64,000 nt of DNA from Batkoa obscura (GCA_030770535.1 JASVEC010000012.1:62001-126000); one strand, 5' to 3'; positions 1 to 12,460 are shown, counted from the first letter of the stretch. The notes: generated by a model not told the origin, from the sequence alone. Translations and numbers: made by a program.

Positions 1-409
1 TAGTTCGTATTAATGATATTGCTAAATCAAAACAGCTTACTTTTCATGATTATTTATAATTTATTGTCGTTATTAAATTTATGTTATAAATTTTAAACCT
101 ATTGAGAACAATCATCTTTTTTTACATATCGAATAGATTATTAATAAACATGCTATAAAAGTAATGTTTCAGTTATAACAATTTTTAATATAATGTTGAA
201 CTTTAGTGTTATATACAATGAATATATTTTTTAATATACCATTTTTAACAATTTTTGAATTTTTTTTTGAATTTTTTTTAAAACAAGCTAGTTGAACCAG
301 ATTTTATAAATGTTTTAATGATAATATGATATAAAAAATAAAATAAAAGACGCACTCTGTAATTGAGTATTGATCCTTAATAAAGTTTTGAAGTAAAATA
401 TCTTTTTAT

Positions 410-508
410 GGGGGTGTTTTTTTTGGTTTCATCACTTTTTCCATTTTTTAAGCGCTATTTAAGTGGGAAAACTGCTAGTAAAATTCTCAAACAAAAAAAT
501 ACATCCCC
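410..508 (+). mobile_element. ~99-bp MITE (family A), copy 1
   Basis: GGGGGTGTTTTTTTTGG...CAAAAAAATACATCCCC imperfect TIRs, central AGCGCT palindrome, perfect 4-bp TSD TTAT (406-409 / 509-512). Confidence 0.9.
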
Positions 509-779
509 TTATCTTGTTTTTAAATTTTGTATTTAATATATCTTTTATTCATTTAATTTAATGATAAATAATTTATTATATAAATTAATTTGACCTTTTT
601 TATTATGGATGAAGTAAAATTTACAAATAAACAAAATTAAGATGCAAAAAGTAGATGATATTAATAGCTATTAATGAGTTAAGGGCTTATTTAAGCAACA
701 GTACAAACAAGGGCATAGATACCAGATGCTACAAAAGCCTTTGATATCATTGATACTACTATATAATTCGAATATTAAA

Positions 780-2111
780 TTATTGTATTTTGATCCAATT
801 TAGCATTGGAATATTAGCTAATGCATTGAAAGCGCTCATATTGGTATAAGATACGGCAGGAGTGGTGAGTAGCAAAGGGGTGTTTAGTTTAAAATCAATA
901 GTTGTGTGTTTACTTATTAAATCAAAATCATTAATCTTAATTGCCTTAAGTTTTGGAAATAAAAATAAAAAGGAAATAAACTGCTCATATGAAGGATGGT
1001 AAAAATCAATTGTAATTTGTTTTATGAAGTTGCATTTATATAATTGAGACTCTGTTTTACAATTACCACTATTTCTTGAGCTAGGAATTTGAATAATGTC
1101 CTTATTATCAAAGTTTAAATAATTGATATGAATAGTTTGAATGTTGGATAGCATAAGGACTAATTTTAACTTTTCCATCGTTAATTCATTAAAACATACT
1201 TCTTTTAATGTTGGTAAATTGATTAAATGATATTTGGTTGAACTGATTATATCAAAATAGCCTAAACTGACTGTATTACCGCTTTCAATTAATTTTATAT
1301 TATTGTTAGTTGCATTAAATAAAGAACCCGAAGTATCTATTAATTTCGCACTTTTTAAATTACTCAAACTCCCAAGACAATTGATATTGAAATTTAAATA
1401 AAAGTCACCTTCAATTATTAATTCCAAATTTGAACTAAAATTTATATTATATTTATACTCCTTTGGTATAATAATATGTCTATTAAACCTCAAATGTAGC
1501 ACTTTTAAGTTACAAAATTTTGTTTTGATTGTAGCCAATCCATTAATATTTAAATACCCATCAGAGCACAATTTAAATATCTTTAATTTATTAGGATTTA
1601 AATATTTAACTATACTTTCTAAATCTCCACAATAACTATTAATTTCAATCATTTCAAGTCGGTATAAAGAAGTCTTAAATTGTTCAAATAGTTGACAGCA
1701 GTCATCATTACCTGATGTATTAACAATCATCTTCCTTAAGTTCACCAGGTTGATGTCCATTTTATTGTTTAATTTATCAACAGCATTCTTGTTAAATTTT
1801 GGTGTATTGTTACTATAGCTTAGAGTTAAGATGTTAGGACAATAACTTAAATATTCCACATTATCATCATTTATACTCAAATGTCTCATTATTAGTCCAT
1901 TTTTTTTAATAAAATCCTCTTGGTATTTATTATACTCCTTAATTTCATAATGACTATATATTGAATAAGTTAAATTGTATTTAATAGCATCGTTTATAGT
2001 ATTAAATAGATATTTGTTTAAAAAGCGTAACTTGAACAATTCTTTTGGAGGTACTAACTTAAAAATTCCATCTAATACAACCAAAGGTAAATAGTCTAAT
2101 TTTAATTCCAT
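780..2111 (-). CDS. F-box / leucine-rich-repeat-like protein (intronless, 443 aa)
   Basis: N-terminal F-box-like motif LDYLPLVVLDGIFKLVPPKELFKLRFLNK followed by repeated LxxLxL/LRR-like segments (CPNILTLSY, FCNLKVLHL, LPTLKEVCF, FPKLKAIKI). Confidence 0.75.
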   Translation of the reverse strand: MELKLDYLPLVVLDGIFKLVPPKELFKLRFLNKYLFNTINDAIKYNLTYSIYSHYEIKEYNKYQEDFIKKNGLIMRHLSINDDNVEYLSYCPNILTLSYSNNTPKFNKNAVDKLNNKMDINLVNLRKMIVNTSGNDDCCQLFEQFKTSLYRLEMIEINSYCGDLESIVKYLNPNKLKIFKLCSDGYLNINGLATIKTKFCNLKVLHLRFNRHIIIPKEYKYNINFSSNLELIIEGDFYLNFNINCLGSLSNLKSAKLIDTSGSLFNATNNNIKLIESGNTVSLGYFDIISSTKYHLINLPTLKEVCFNELTMEKLKLVLMLSNIQTIHINYLNFDNKDIIQIPSSRNSGNCKTESQLYKCNFIKQITIDFYHPSYEQFISFLFLFPKLKAIKINDFDLISKHTTIDFKLNTPLLLTTPAVSYTNMSAFNALANIPMLNWIKIQ

Positions 2112-2503
2112 TTTTTAGAGAAGATATTTTATTTCGTTTGTCTTTTATACTTTGGTACTCTGTATTAACTCTTGCTATTGAGTTTTTTAATTATAGAATT
2201 ATTGATATTATTCAATCAATTATTTTTTTCTAAATTGCTTATCTTTATCAGATTATTATTAAAATTAGAATATCATACCGCAATCGTACATGAACTCAAA
2301 AATACTAAATGAATTAGTTTGTTTAAAAATATCTTAATTAATTGTAAGTATTAAAAAATATATTTAAGAAACTTTAAAATACTATATTACTTTTTATAAA
2401 ATGAGGCTGGTTATTGTAAGTATATTTAATTTAACATAGACAATTTCTAATATAAAAGTATTATTTTATTTAATATTTGTGATTATAATCAAAGCCTTTA
2501 TAT

Positions 2504-2602
2504 GGGGATGTTTTTTTTGGTTTCATCACTTTTTCCATTTTTTAAGCGCTATTTGAGTGGAAAGATTGTTGGTAAAATTCTTAAATAGAAAAATACATCC
2601 CC
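2504..2602 (+). mobile_element. MITE family A, copy 2
   Basis: GGGGATG...CATCCCC termini, TSD ATAT on both sides. Confidence 0.9.
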
Positions 2603-3203
2603 ATATTGATTTTGAGAATTTTCTAGTTTAGAAATGTACTTGTATTTAATAACTAATAACATCTGATTGAAAATGTCAAAAAGTAGAAACATGACCAATA
2701 GTAAGGGTTCTATTTAGCAATTAAAGGTAGATTAAATATAAAATATAAAAAGTATTGATTATTTAAAGTAAATTTCATTGTATTTTTCTTCCAATTTGCC
2801 TAAAAATCCCAATTTATAAAATTCGACTTTTTTAAAAACTCGAAGAAACCAATCAATTTTCAAATATTTTATGAACAAAAGAAAAGGAAGGGCTTGCTAT
2901 TAGAGAAAGGGATTAGGTGAAAAATTTGCTTTTCTGATTTTTAGATGTTGACAAGAACGTACGTTTAGGTTTGATATCTTAACTTAACTTTAGAGCATAC
3001 TGCTAACTCCCAATGTAGTTTTTTAATCAATACTTAAACCAAATATAGTAATTTACCCCATAATTTTGATCCTTAAATATGGCCACAATTCATTGGCTTA
3101 AAAATAGAGATAATGACCAATCAATGATGCTTTTTTATGATGCTTCAGACGCGCCTATAAAAAGGTAAAAACTGATTATAGTTTTGTTTATTAGAAGAAT
3201 ATA

Positions 3204-4875
3204 ATGTCATCAGTAATAAAATATAAGTTATTTGGAAATATGTACTGATTTTAGATCTAGTATGACGAGTTGCTAAAGCTAGCTGAAGAGAATAGTCGGG
3301 AGGCACAAAGATTAATTCAAGAAAAGAAAAAGAAAAGAGAGTTACATGAAGCACGGCTAAAAAGAGAAAAAGAAAAGCAGGAAGAGATCTCAAAATTTAG
3401 GCAGCAAAAGATGATGGAAATGGCAATGAAGGCGAGGGCGGAGCCTCAGTTGGGTACAAAAAAACCAACCCCAATTCCTAGAAATAATGACCAGAAAATT
3501 AAAGTTGAAGAAAAAGAAAATACTAATGGTAGTAGTTTTTCCAAAAATGAAAACCAAAATAAAGCTAAAGGCCAAGGTCAACGTAATTATAGTAATGGCG
3601 AAAAAGTAAGTATTTTTGTACTTGTTAATAGTTTAATATTTATGCTTTTTTAATCTAGCCACCTCATTTAATGACATACGAGGAGATATTGAAATATGCT
3701 GAGGAAAATAATAAGCCAAAGCCACCAACTACGTTAACTAAACAAAAGGAGCTAGATTTATCAAGTAGTACAAAAGTAAAAAAAAAGAGTAGCATGACTA
3801 ATGAGAATGTAATTTCCTTAAATAGAGTATAAATTAAATTTTAACTTTAATTTTAGATTAGAAGAGATGTTATTAAAAAGAAGAGTAATATTTTTATTGA
3901 ATAGCAAATGTTTTTGTTCATATTTATCTTTTTAGCCCCCAATCCTATCCGCTCTATGCTACCTCAATTTGCTCCAACAAAGATGAATAGTAGTAGACCA
4001 AGCCCTATCGGGAATGCACCCAGAAGAACTACAAAGCCTAATGACAACTCAAATGCCAATATAATTGCTAAAAAGAAAACATGTGTACTTACTGGAAGCC
4101 GATTTGCTAAATTGGGACCAATTGACAATGAGATGCCGGCTCTCAATACAAAATCAAAATTGGGTAGTAGCAGTAATAATATTAGTCAAAGCAGGAATAA
4201 TTTTGAAATCAATGAAAGGAAAAGGGCGGCTTCAAACACTGCTACAGTAATTAAAAAAAAGAGTTCAATAAATCAGAACGAAAATGTAGTAAGATCAAGA
4301 GTAGTCAATAATGAAATAAGGCCCAAGGTAATGAACAATGAATTGAGACCCAAAGTAACGAACAATGAATTAAGACCCAAAGTAACGAACAATGAATTAA
4401 GACCCAAAGTAACGAACAATGAATTAAGACCCAAAGCAACGAACAATGAAGGCGCAAGAAGAGTAGTTAGTAGCGAAGGCAAAAGAAAAGTGAATAGTGA
4501 AAAAAGCGGTACTCGAAGAGGATTTATTGATGACGACTTATTGGATGAAGAGTATGCAAAGAAAAATATCTCTTCCATCATTGGCTCTCTTTTTGGATAT
4601 AATCGCAATAAGTGAGCTTTACTATAGTTATTTAAGTTATGTATTTATAATATTATTAGATATAGGAATGATTTTTCAGATGACGATATGGAAGTTTCTG
4701 CTTCAAGATTAAGAGCTGAAGAATCAAGAAGGTAAATTTTAATAATTTTATTTTGTTTTTAACTAATATAATTCTTTAAAGTGCTCGTATTGCTCGTGAA
4801 GAAGATGAAATGGAAGAAGAATTAGAAAGACAAAGATTAGAAAGACTTAAGAAAAAGAAAAATGGTAAAAAATAA
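3204..4875 (+). CDS. SPT2: SPT2-family chromatin protein (multi-exon)
   Basis: Spliced model MSS|YDELLKLAEE... (intron 3213-3260), ...NGEK|PPHLMTYEEILKYAEE (intron 3606-3658); C-terminal SPT2 signature ISSIIGSLFGY...DDMEVSASRLRAEESRSARIAREEDEMEEELER; stop TAA 4873-4875. Confidence 0.75.
4307..4450 (+). repeat. 27-bp coding tandem repeat (NNELRPKVT) x5 plus a partial unit, inside SPT2
   Basis: AACAATGAATTAAGACCCAAAGTAACG repeated in frame. Confidence 0.9.
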
Positions 4876-5054
4876 TAACAGGATGATTAATTTAAGTGTT
4901 TTAATAAAATTTGATTATTTTTTTTATTTTATATTATATTTACTGTCTTTATATTTAATAGAATAAAATAAAAAACTGATAAAGAATGTAACTAAATAAG
5001 TTTATAAAATCTATAAAAAAGAGGATTTGGGTAAGGGGAAAAGAGAGTTCAAGA

Positions 5055-6395
5055 TTATTTTCTATTTTTTTTCTTAAAAGCCTTTTTAGCTTTCTTAAAG
5101 TTAGATAATTTAGCTGAGACACCTGAGTTATCAAGGGAGTTGAATAAATGTTTGGTTCTTTTATCTGCGCTGGCAACATTATTTTGAAATTTCTAATAAA
5201 ATAAAATGTTAGTGAGGATTTATTATACTTATACCTATGATATTACCTGGTTCATTGATTCATCGTTTTCTTCATTATTACGCTTGTTCTTGATTCTATT
5301 AAGAATATTATTTGATGTACTCTGTTCGTCCAATTTTTGAAGAGAAGAAACACCATGGAAATCGTCTAAATCCTAATAACAATAAATACTAATACTAAAT
5401 AGTACATAAAAATCATTACCAATAATTCATTTTGGATTAAACCTTTTTGTAAATTTTTCAATTTCCTTTCATGTTTCTTTGACGTTTGTAAACGTACAAA
5501 GTTTTCTTCTTCATAGTTAGCTCTTTCTGCTAATTCTGGATCCAAATCCTTCTCAATGTAACTTCCAATAATCTTTTGCTCTTCTGGTCTATCGTCAAAG
5601 TCATTAGCTAAATCTTGCATAAGTCTAGATCTAGCTGCTCTTTCTTTCATCCTATTTTGTTCTCTCTCTGCCTTAGATGACACTAATTTATTCATTAGTT
5701 TATAGTTTAATAGTATAAAAAGATAGTTTACTTGGTCTATCATCAAATGGTACAGGTGCAATCTTTGGTGCTTTATATACACCACCTTCATTATCTATTT
5801 AACCATTAGGGATTTTCAAAATAATTATAATTATATTAATTTACCTTTATCTTCTTCTTCATTATCCTTTGCCGTAATTAAGTTTTCTGGGTTTGGTTTA
5901 TATTTCAATGGGTCTTTAATTAGGTTCATTTCTTCTTGATCGTTATCAGTACCCAAAGTGAAAGCTCTTATTAATTTATCGATTTGATATTTCAATTTCA
6001 ATTCTAATGGCTTTATTTTTTCAAGATAAGTCCTTGCTTTTACTAAATTTAATAAACATGGATGCTCATCAACTTGTTCTCCATTTAATTTTAACAAAGT
6101 AAAAAAAGCTAAATTAGTTATATAATCCAATATCAACTCTAAAAACACGTTTAATTACAAATTAGAAGAATATATAATCAAATTACCATTCTTGATATCT
6201 AATAAACTTATTCCTTCGCCTTCAAATAAAACGTTATTACTTTGTCTATAAATTTATAAGTTTACTGTTTGAATTATTAGTACGACCTTACTCATTGAAG
6301 GTGGAATTAGCTTTATCATTCACTTGACCTATTAAGGTGCTCATTTGGTTTATCACTGTCTTGTATTGTTCATTCTCATTTTTAATTTCACTCAT
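5055..6395 (-). CDS. LCP5: Sas10/Utp3/C1D-domain SSU processome protein, Lcp5/neuroguidin (multi-exon)
   Basis: EGISLLDIKN|ELILDYITNL...LVKARTYLEKIKPLELKLKYQIDKLIRA, DPLKYKPNPENL, ERANYEEENFVRL motifs; ATG at 6395, stop at 5055-5057. Confidence 0.85.
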
Positions 6396-6551
6396 CTTTG
6401 GAAAATATTGCTGAAAATCAAGTCAAATAAAATATTTTGCTCAATTCAAATTGAATAATTTTTGATTTTGGGCAATAATTTTTGATTGGCGGAAGTAAAA
6501 ATAAAAGTTACATTTTATCAAAAAATTAATTTTTATAATTTAAAATCAAAA

Positions 6552-8426
6552 ATGAGTGAAAAAAGCAAACGTAGACCAATAAGTATAGAGACAAAGTTGG
6601 AGATATTAAGGAGAATAGAAAATGGAGAAAAAGCGAAACAATTGTGTTTAGAGTTTAACATCGATAAGAGTATTATAACACGTATTAAAAAGAAAAAAGA
6701 AAAGATTGAATCGTTTGTCTCCAAAAACTCAAGCTTCATCAATAAAAAAACGGTACAGTTTGGTTTATTCACTGAAATTGAAGATCAGTTGGTCGCTTGG
6801 ATTCAAAGTGAGCTTAATAATGGAAGCATAATTAAAAATTGGCAGATTCAAGCTAAAGCTATTGAGTTTCATAAACAGATGGGGTATGATACTCCGTTCA
6901 AAGCTAGTGACGGTTGGTTAGGTAAATTTAAAGCAAGAAATGGGATTTCAATCAATAGCAATAATGAAACAACGTTAAAGTTAATGTTAAGTAAATATAG
7001 AGAAGAATTCAAACAACTTGATTTGATGATTGAAAATATTTATATATATTCAGATGAGGATTATAGAGATGTTTTTGATGATGATAACTTAATTATAACC
7101 TGTGTTAATTTAACTGGTAATCACAAATTATGTTTAAGTAGGAAAAATATGCCAACTAAGTTAAAGAAAGAGGAAAAAAGTATCAATATTGCTAATGGTA
7201 ATATTGATAATAATAATAATAGTAATAGTAATAGCAATATCAACAATGGCAATAGTAGTAATGATGGTAATGTAGATAATGATGAAATTAATAAAATTAA
7301 CAATATCATATATAATACTATTAATGATGATAATAGTATCAATACTTTTAATGGTGCTCTTACCAACGTTAATGATCATAATGATAGTATCCTAACCAGC
7401 ATTACTATTGATAGCAATATCACGAACACTAATAACAGTACTTTTATCAATATAAATAATAATAATGACAATAGCATTAATAACAACGACAATAGCATCA
7501 ATGATAACAATGATAGCATTAATAACAACAGTAAGGCCAAAGCCAAAGAAATTGAAGAAAGTAAAGAAGATTTAATTAAAGGATGGGTCGAAAAGGAATT
7601 CATTAAACAAATGAGTAATAAAATGGAAGGTAATAGTAAGATATTAATAATAGTCAAGAGTAAACTTAAAATAAGAAAAAGACAAAAGTTAATTTATTAT
7701 AATTCAAATATATTATTATTTTACTTACCTGTTAATGTTGATAATGAAAGTGATATCAATTCTGTTTTAAAACAGAATTTTAAACTCAAATTAGCAAATA
7801 ACAATAATTTAAAGAAAGAGGAGTTGTTGAATGAATGTTGGAATGAATTGAGTAATGAAAGCTTACTCAAAAGTTTGAATGGTTTATATGTAATCATTAA
7901 TGACTTTACCAATAATAACAATAAATTAAATTCGATTGATGCGGAAGATTTTGATATTACCGGAATTTCAATTGATAGTGAGTTATTAAATGGTCTAAAT
8001 GGTATTGATAATAGCTTTAATGAAATGTCAAATGAGGCCATGAGTAATAATAATAATAATAATAATATAGTGAACGAAGTAATGATTAATGATAATAAAG
8101 AAGTGGAAAATGCTACTATAGAGAGTATTATGCATCCTTTGAGCGAAATGGTGCCAAACAATAATAATAAGCGATCTTTGGATGAAGTGACAATAAATGA
8201 TAATAACAAACGAATTATGGATGGAGCAGTAGCAGGTGATGGCAATGAGCGACTTTTAAGTGAAGCAGTGGTGAATGATAATAATAATAATAAAGAAATG
8301 ATAATAAACTCAATTAATACCATTATTGAATGGGCAAAAGGAAAGAATTTAAAGAAAGAGAGTTTGGCTATGTTAAATAATTTATTGAAAGAAGCAGAGA
8401 TGAATAATGGTGAATTAGAAAATTAA
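6552..8426 (+). CDS. CENP-B/Tigger (pogo)-derived DNA-binding protein with degenerate DDE_1 domain
   Basis: CENP-B_N HTH (KRRPISIETKLEILRRIENGEK...FNIDKSIITRIKK), Tc5 HTH (EIEDQLVAWI...FKASDGWLGKFKARNGI), DDE_1 remnants (TCVNLTGNHKL, WVEKEF, KILIIVKS, FYLPVN, ECWNEL); poly-Asn insertions; no TIRs seen. Confidence 0.85.
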   Translation: MSEKSKRRPISIETKLEILRRIENGEKAKQLCLEFNIDKSIITRIKKKKEKIESFVSKNSSFINKKTVQFGLFTEIEDQLVAWIQSELNNGSIIKNWQIQAKAIEFHKQMGYDTPFKASDGWLGKFKARNGISINSNNETTLKLMLSKYREEFKQLDLMIENIYIYSDEDYRDVFDDDNLIITCVNLTGNHKLCLSRKNMPTKLKKEEKSINIANGNIDNNNNSNSNSNINNGNSSNDGNVDNDEINKINNIIYNTINDDNSINTFNGALTNVNDHNDSILTSITIDSNITNTNNSTFININNNNDNSINNNDNSINDNNDSINNNSKAKAKEIEESKEDLIKGWVEKEFIKQMSNKMEGNSKILIIVKSKLKIRKRQKLIYYNSNILLFYLPVNVDNESDINSVLKQNFKLKLANNNNLKKEELLNECWNELSNESLLKSLNGLYVIINDFTNNNNKLNSIDAEDFDITGISIDSELLNGLNGIDNSFNEMSNEAMSNNNNNNNIVNEVMINDNKEVENATIESIMHPLSEMVPNNNNKRSLDEVTINDNNKRIMDGAVAGDGNERLLSEAVVNDNNNNKEMIINSINTIIEWAKGKNLKKESLAMLNNLLKEAEMNNGELEN

Positions 8427-8873
8427 AAGTTTATTAGTTACTTTAATGTGTACTTAAAATAATTTATTACTATCACCTTTGAGGTTTATTTTTATTAATA
8501 AAATTTAATCAGTTTTTTTGTATTTTTACTATTTGTATGCTTTTAAATATTAAATTCTATGATCGCATAATGAAGCTCAATTACTAAATGATATTAAACA
8601 CCTAGTTAGTTGTTTTTGTTGAAAGACTGTTATTTTTAAAATCAATTATTTATTAAACATAGGTCGTTAGATAGAATTTACTGAAAATTTTAAATCTCAA
8701 GCATATTTAATGATTTAAGGACCATTTTATATGCAAAGTAGTTATTTATCTATAAAGGTAGATTAAATAGCTCTATTCATATTAAAAATAATATTAAATT
8801 TGGTATATAATATCATATCAACAATTTAATTAGTTAACTTTGCTTTCAATAAATTATGAAATAATTTTTATAT

Positions 8874-8970
8874 GGGAGTATTTTTTTGGCTTCATTATTT
8901 TTTCCATTTTTAAGCACTATTTGAGTAGAAAGATTGCTAGTAAATTTCTTAAACAAAAAAATACATCCGT
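8874..8970 (+). mobile_element. MITE family A, copy 3
   Basis: Matches consensus; TSD ATAT/ATAT. Confidence 0.85.
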
Positions 8971-9099
8971 ATATGGAAATGTGTAAATATAGCATCTACG
9001 CAGTCTTTAACTTGAAATTTTCTCTAAAATTCATCTTTTTTAAAATAATTAGCGATAAGCATTACAACAGTTGAAAGAATAATATAATACAAAGTAACA

Positions 9100-10391
9100 A
9101 TGGATCAAATGGCAGAAAATGGTACCGTCAAGAAAAGAATCCGATATGAAGAAGAAAGAGGTGAAGCAAGAGATATAATTGATAGTAGAGAAAAAATTGA
9201 AGCTAGAGTAATAGTAATTTGTTTTTTAGTTGGACTTAATTTACCTTTTTTTAGCCTATTAACACTGCTTTGGTTAAAAGGGTTTACGAACCTAGTTATT
9301 TTAATAAACATGGACTAGATTGTAGTCTTAGAATCATTGGCGACTTTATTGGTAGATATTTAGGAAGGCCTAATATTGAAGTAAGAGAAACATTTTGTTG
9401 AATAATAACAAATTAAATAAAAATGATTAGATTGAAGCCAAGTTAGGGATACTTATTGATAAGAATACAAGTAAAAGAATCAATTTACCTGTTTTATCAG
9501 AGACTGGTATCTATATTTATCATTTTCTATTACATGCGTCTATAACTATTTTGCTTAGTTTTAGCCAATGCCCCATTTTATCGTTTTGCTTCAGATATGA
9601 CAACAGTAAGTAGTAAAATAGTTATAATTGAGCCTAAAATTAATTCTTAATAATTAAGGATCAACATTCAAAATTTAATCAACTTTTAAATAAAGAGTTA
9701 CTTAAAACAAAAGCAAGTAATTATAAAGGAACAGTAATCAATTATGAACATTTATATGAAAAAGATGTTTTCTATAACGAAAAAAATGGGAACAAAGTTC
9801 GAGTTACAATCAATACTAAAACAAATGAGGTGATTATAATATATTATAATGTAATAATAATGAATTTTATTTAAATAAATAGATCGTCGAAAATGGTATT
9901 ATTACAAAAGTAAAGTTAGATCAGCTTGATATATTTTCGCCACAAACTAGAATGGATTTCCGTGTGTCTATTAATGAAGAAAAAAAAGGTAAAACTACAG
10001 CTTATTATTAGCCTTATAAATAACTAAGTTAATTAGTTTCTAAACCAACGACTAGTCCTGAGCATGAACGTGAAAAAGACCGCCTTTCTTATAGACATGA
10101 ATTATTTCGAATTGATTTAACACAAGTTAAATCTCAAGTAATATTTTTTTGAATATTTCTTTCCAAACCAAATAAATCAAATAAATATAGAATTCACACT
10201 CACAAGATAGGGGACAAGGATGGGAGAAAGCTAAAGTTAGTCATGAATTAGAAGTAGAAATTATAGATTTAAAACCAATATTTGAAGAGTATAAATTACA
10301 TTTGAAAGGATTACCCAATCAATACTATTCTATCCTTCAAATATTTTTAACAAACATACGTCTTTTGGCTAGAAGTTCAAATAAGTTTTAA
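9100..10391 (+). CDS. CET1: mRNA-capping RNA 5'-triphosphatase, CYTH/TTM family (multi-exon)
   Basis: Spliced translation gives motif A NIE|IEAKLG, KRINLPVLSET, KVRVTIN, DFRVSINEE, REKDRLSY, RIDLTQV and motif B SHELEVE; stop TAA 10389-10391. Confidence 0.9.
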
Positions 10392-10541
10392 TAAGCTCTA
10401 CATCCCCCTTTTGAAATATATATTATTATATAGTTTAACCTTATCGTTTTCTTCTTTTACTACTCCACTATTGTGTATTTATTTATTTTGATTTAATACT
10501 GATATTCTTTTAGATAATAATACAACTTTATTTAACATTAA

Positions 10542-11188
10542 TTAGCTTTGAAACCAGGTACCAAAGATATCCCAACATAAACAAATAAAACAAACTAGCA
10601 TGGACAGAATTGAAAAGAATAGACTTGTATTAAAAAGATCACACCTAAAGCAACATTAGAAATACAATTAATTAATCTATTATAGAATATTACCAGCCAT
10701 CTAAAGTACCAATAGCACAACGAAATTGCGTAAAAATAGATATAATATCCGATAGCCAAAATACAACTATAACGGAATCTATGCCAACTAAATAAACTCT
10801 TTTTATTTTAACTTTGTATTGCATCCTTCTACGATAATAATCAATAATAAAAAATATTGATGTTGCTACTGAAGCTGCTGAAGTAAAATATAAAAATTTA
10901 ACACTACTTAAACCTTTATATGGGTTTTCAAGATCGGCTCCTCTCTAATTAAAATAATGAATTAAATTCGATTTGTCGTTTAATTTTATGACTTACTGCA
11001 TTAGCTGATAAACTAAAAATGAAAGCAGCCAATGAAGCAATACCTTGAATACATCTTAAAATTAACCTTAAAACATTAGGTATCCTTGAAACAGAAGCTT
11101 TTAAATTTTCAGCTGTTAAACGACCTAAAATATTAGGTGAGTGCGTCATCCCAGAAGGAGCCAATGGAGACTGTGGTATATACGGCAT
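10542..11188 (-). CDS. MARVEL/CASP-like 4-TM membrane protein (2 introns)
   Basis: LILRCIQGIASLAAFIFS...FLYFTSAASVATSIFFII...LVGIDSVIVVFWLS...C...WCDLFNTSLFFSILSMLVCF; four hydrophobic helices with the MARVEL D..W/C pattern. Confidence 0.7.
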
Positions 11189-12181
11189 TGTTTTTTCTTA
11201 ATAAAATTTAAAAGAGATATAATGGGTTCCGTTAAAAATGGAATTGTAAGAAATTCTTGAATTTTTGCTGGGTTCCAATTCAAAATTAGATCATGGAAAA
11301 ATTATTATAAAAAAAATTAAATGAGGAGTTTTAACTTGTTGTTTTCTAAACTCGGATCCTTTATCAGAAAATTACTCATTTCTGTTGTTCTTTGCTTGAT
11401 TTCTAAAACAGCAATAAAAAGTTATAAATAAAGTAGAATAGAATGATTTAATAATTATACATTTTAAATAAAAAATAATATTGTTAAATGTTTTATTTTG
11501 TTAAATTAGTATCAAAATTGATTTTGAGAATCAGTAATTTTAAAACCTGATTTATATTCATAGCAATAACTATTTTTTTTAATAATATTTATATTATTGC
11601 CCATATAAATACTAAAAAATTTATATTAAATTTAATGAAATAAACTAATAAAATACATAAAACAGTATTAGTATCATCAATGACCCCCTACAATGATAAA
11701 AGGCATAAGAAAGGGTTTTAAAAATTTTGACATTATTATATACTTTTACAACTACTGTTAAATAAATAAAATAGCTTTTCATTTATAAATACTATAATTT
11801 CATAACACAAAATACATATTTGAAAATTTCAATTATTTATCTTAAAGGCAAATTAAACACTAATTTTACTACCCAAATTTGTTAGTTAAGAATATTATAA
11901 AAATAAAATATAAAAGTGGGCGAAAGAGTTTGTAGAGGCGATAGTTTTTATAATAAGCTAAAAACTTTTTTTACACAAATATATTATACGTATTATAAAT
12001 GAAATAAATACAAGGTTTTATATTAATCAGATTATTATTATTCTTTAAAATATGACTATTACTGATGAAAATTTTTTTGAAGTTTTTATTTCCTAACAGA
12101 ATGTTGTCCCATTGTACCGTATTCCAAAGTCTTGACTAAATCTAAATAATATAAACCCATTTAATGCCAAACTTAAGATAT

Positions 12182-12280
12182 GAGGGTGTTTTTTTTTACC
12201 TCATCATTTTTTGCATCTTTTAAGCGCTATTTGAGCGGAAAGATTGTTAGTGAAATTTTTAAGCACAAAAATACATCCCC
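12182..12280 (+). mobile_element. MITE family A, copy 4
   Basis: GAGGGTG...CATCCCC; TSD ATAT/ATAT. Confidence 0.9.
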
Positions 12281-12362
12281 ATATATAGTATTTATTAGCT
12301 ACAAAAAAAATTGTAAAAAAAAATTTACAATTTTTTAAATATAGGCTATAAATTGATTACAT

Positions 12363-12460
12363 GGGGATGTATTTTTGTGTTTAGGAATTTACTAACAACC
12401 TTTCCGCTGAAGTAGCGCTTAAAAAATGGAAAAAGCAATGAAACCAAAAAAGACACACCT
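12363..12460 (-). mobile_element. MITE family A, copy 5
   Basis: Reverse orientation; flanks ACAT/ATAT (1 mismatch). Confidence 0.85.

Noticed and set aside
410..2602. Composite transposon carrying the F-box gene between two same-orientation MITEs
   Set aside because: Each MITE has its own complete and different TSD (TTAT vs ATAT), indicating independent insertions
6533..8323. Leu/Ile-rich antisense ORFs over the CENP-B-like gene (likewise over SPT2, the MFS pair and RasGEF)
   Set aside because: Shadow frames produced by AAT/GAT-rich low-complexity sense coding
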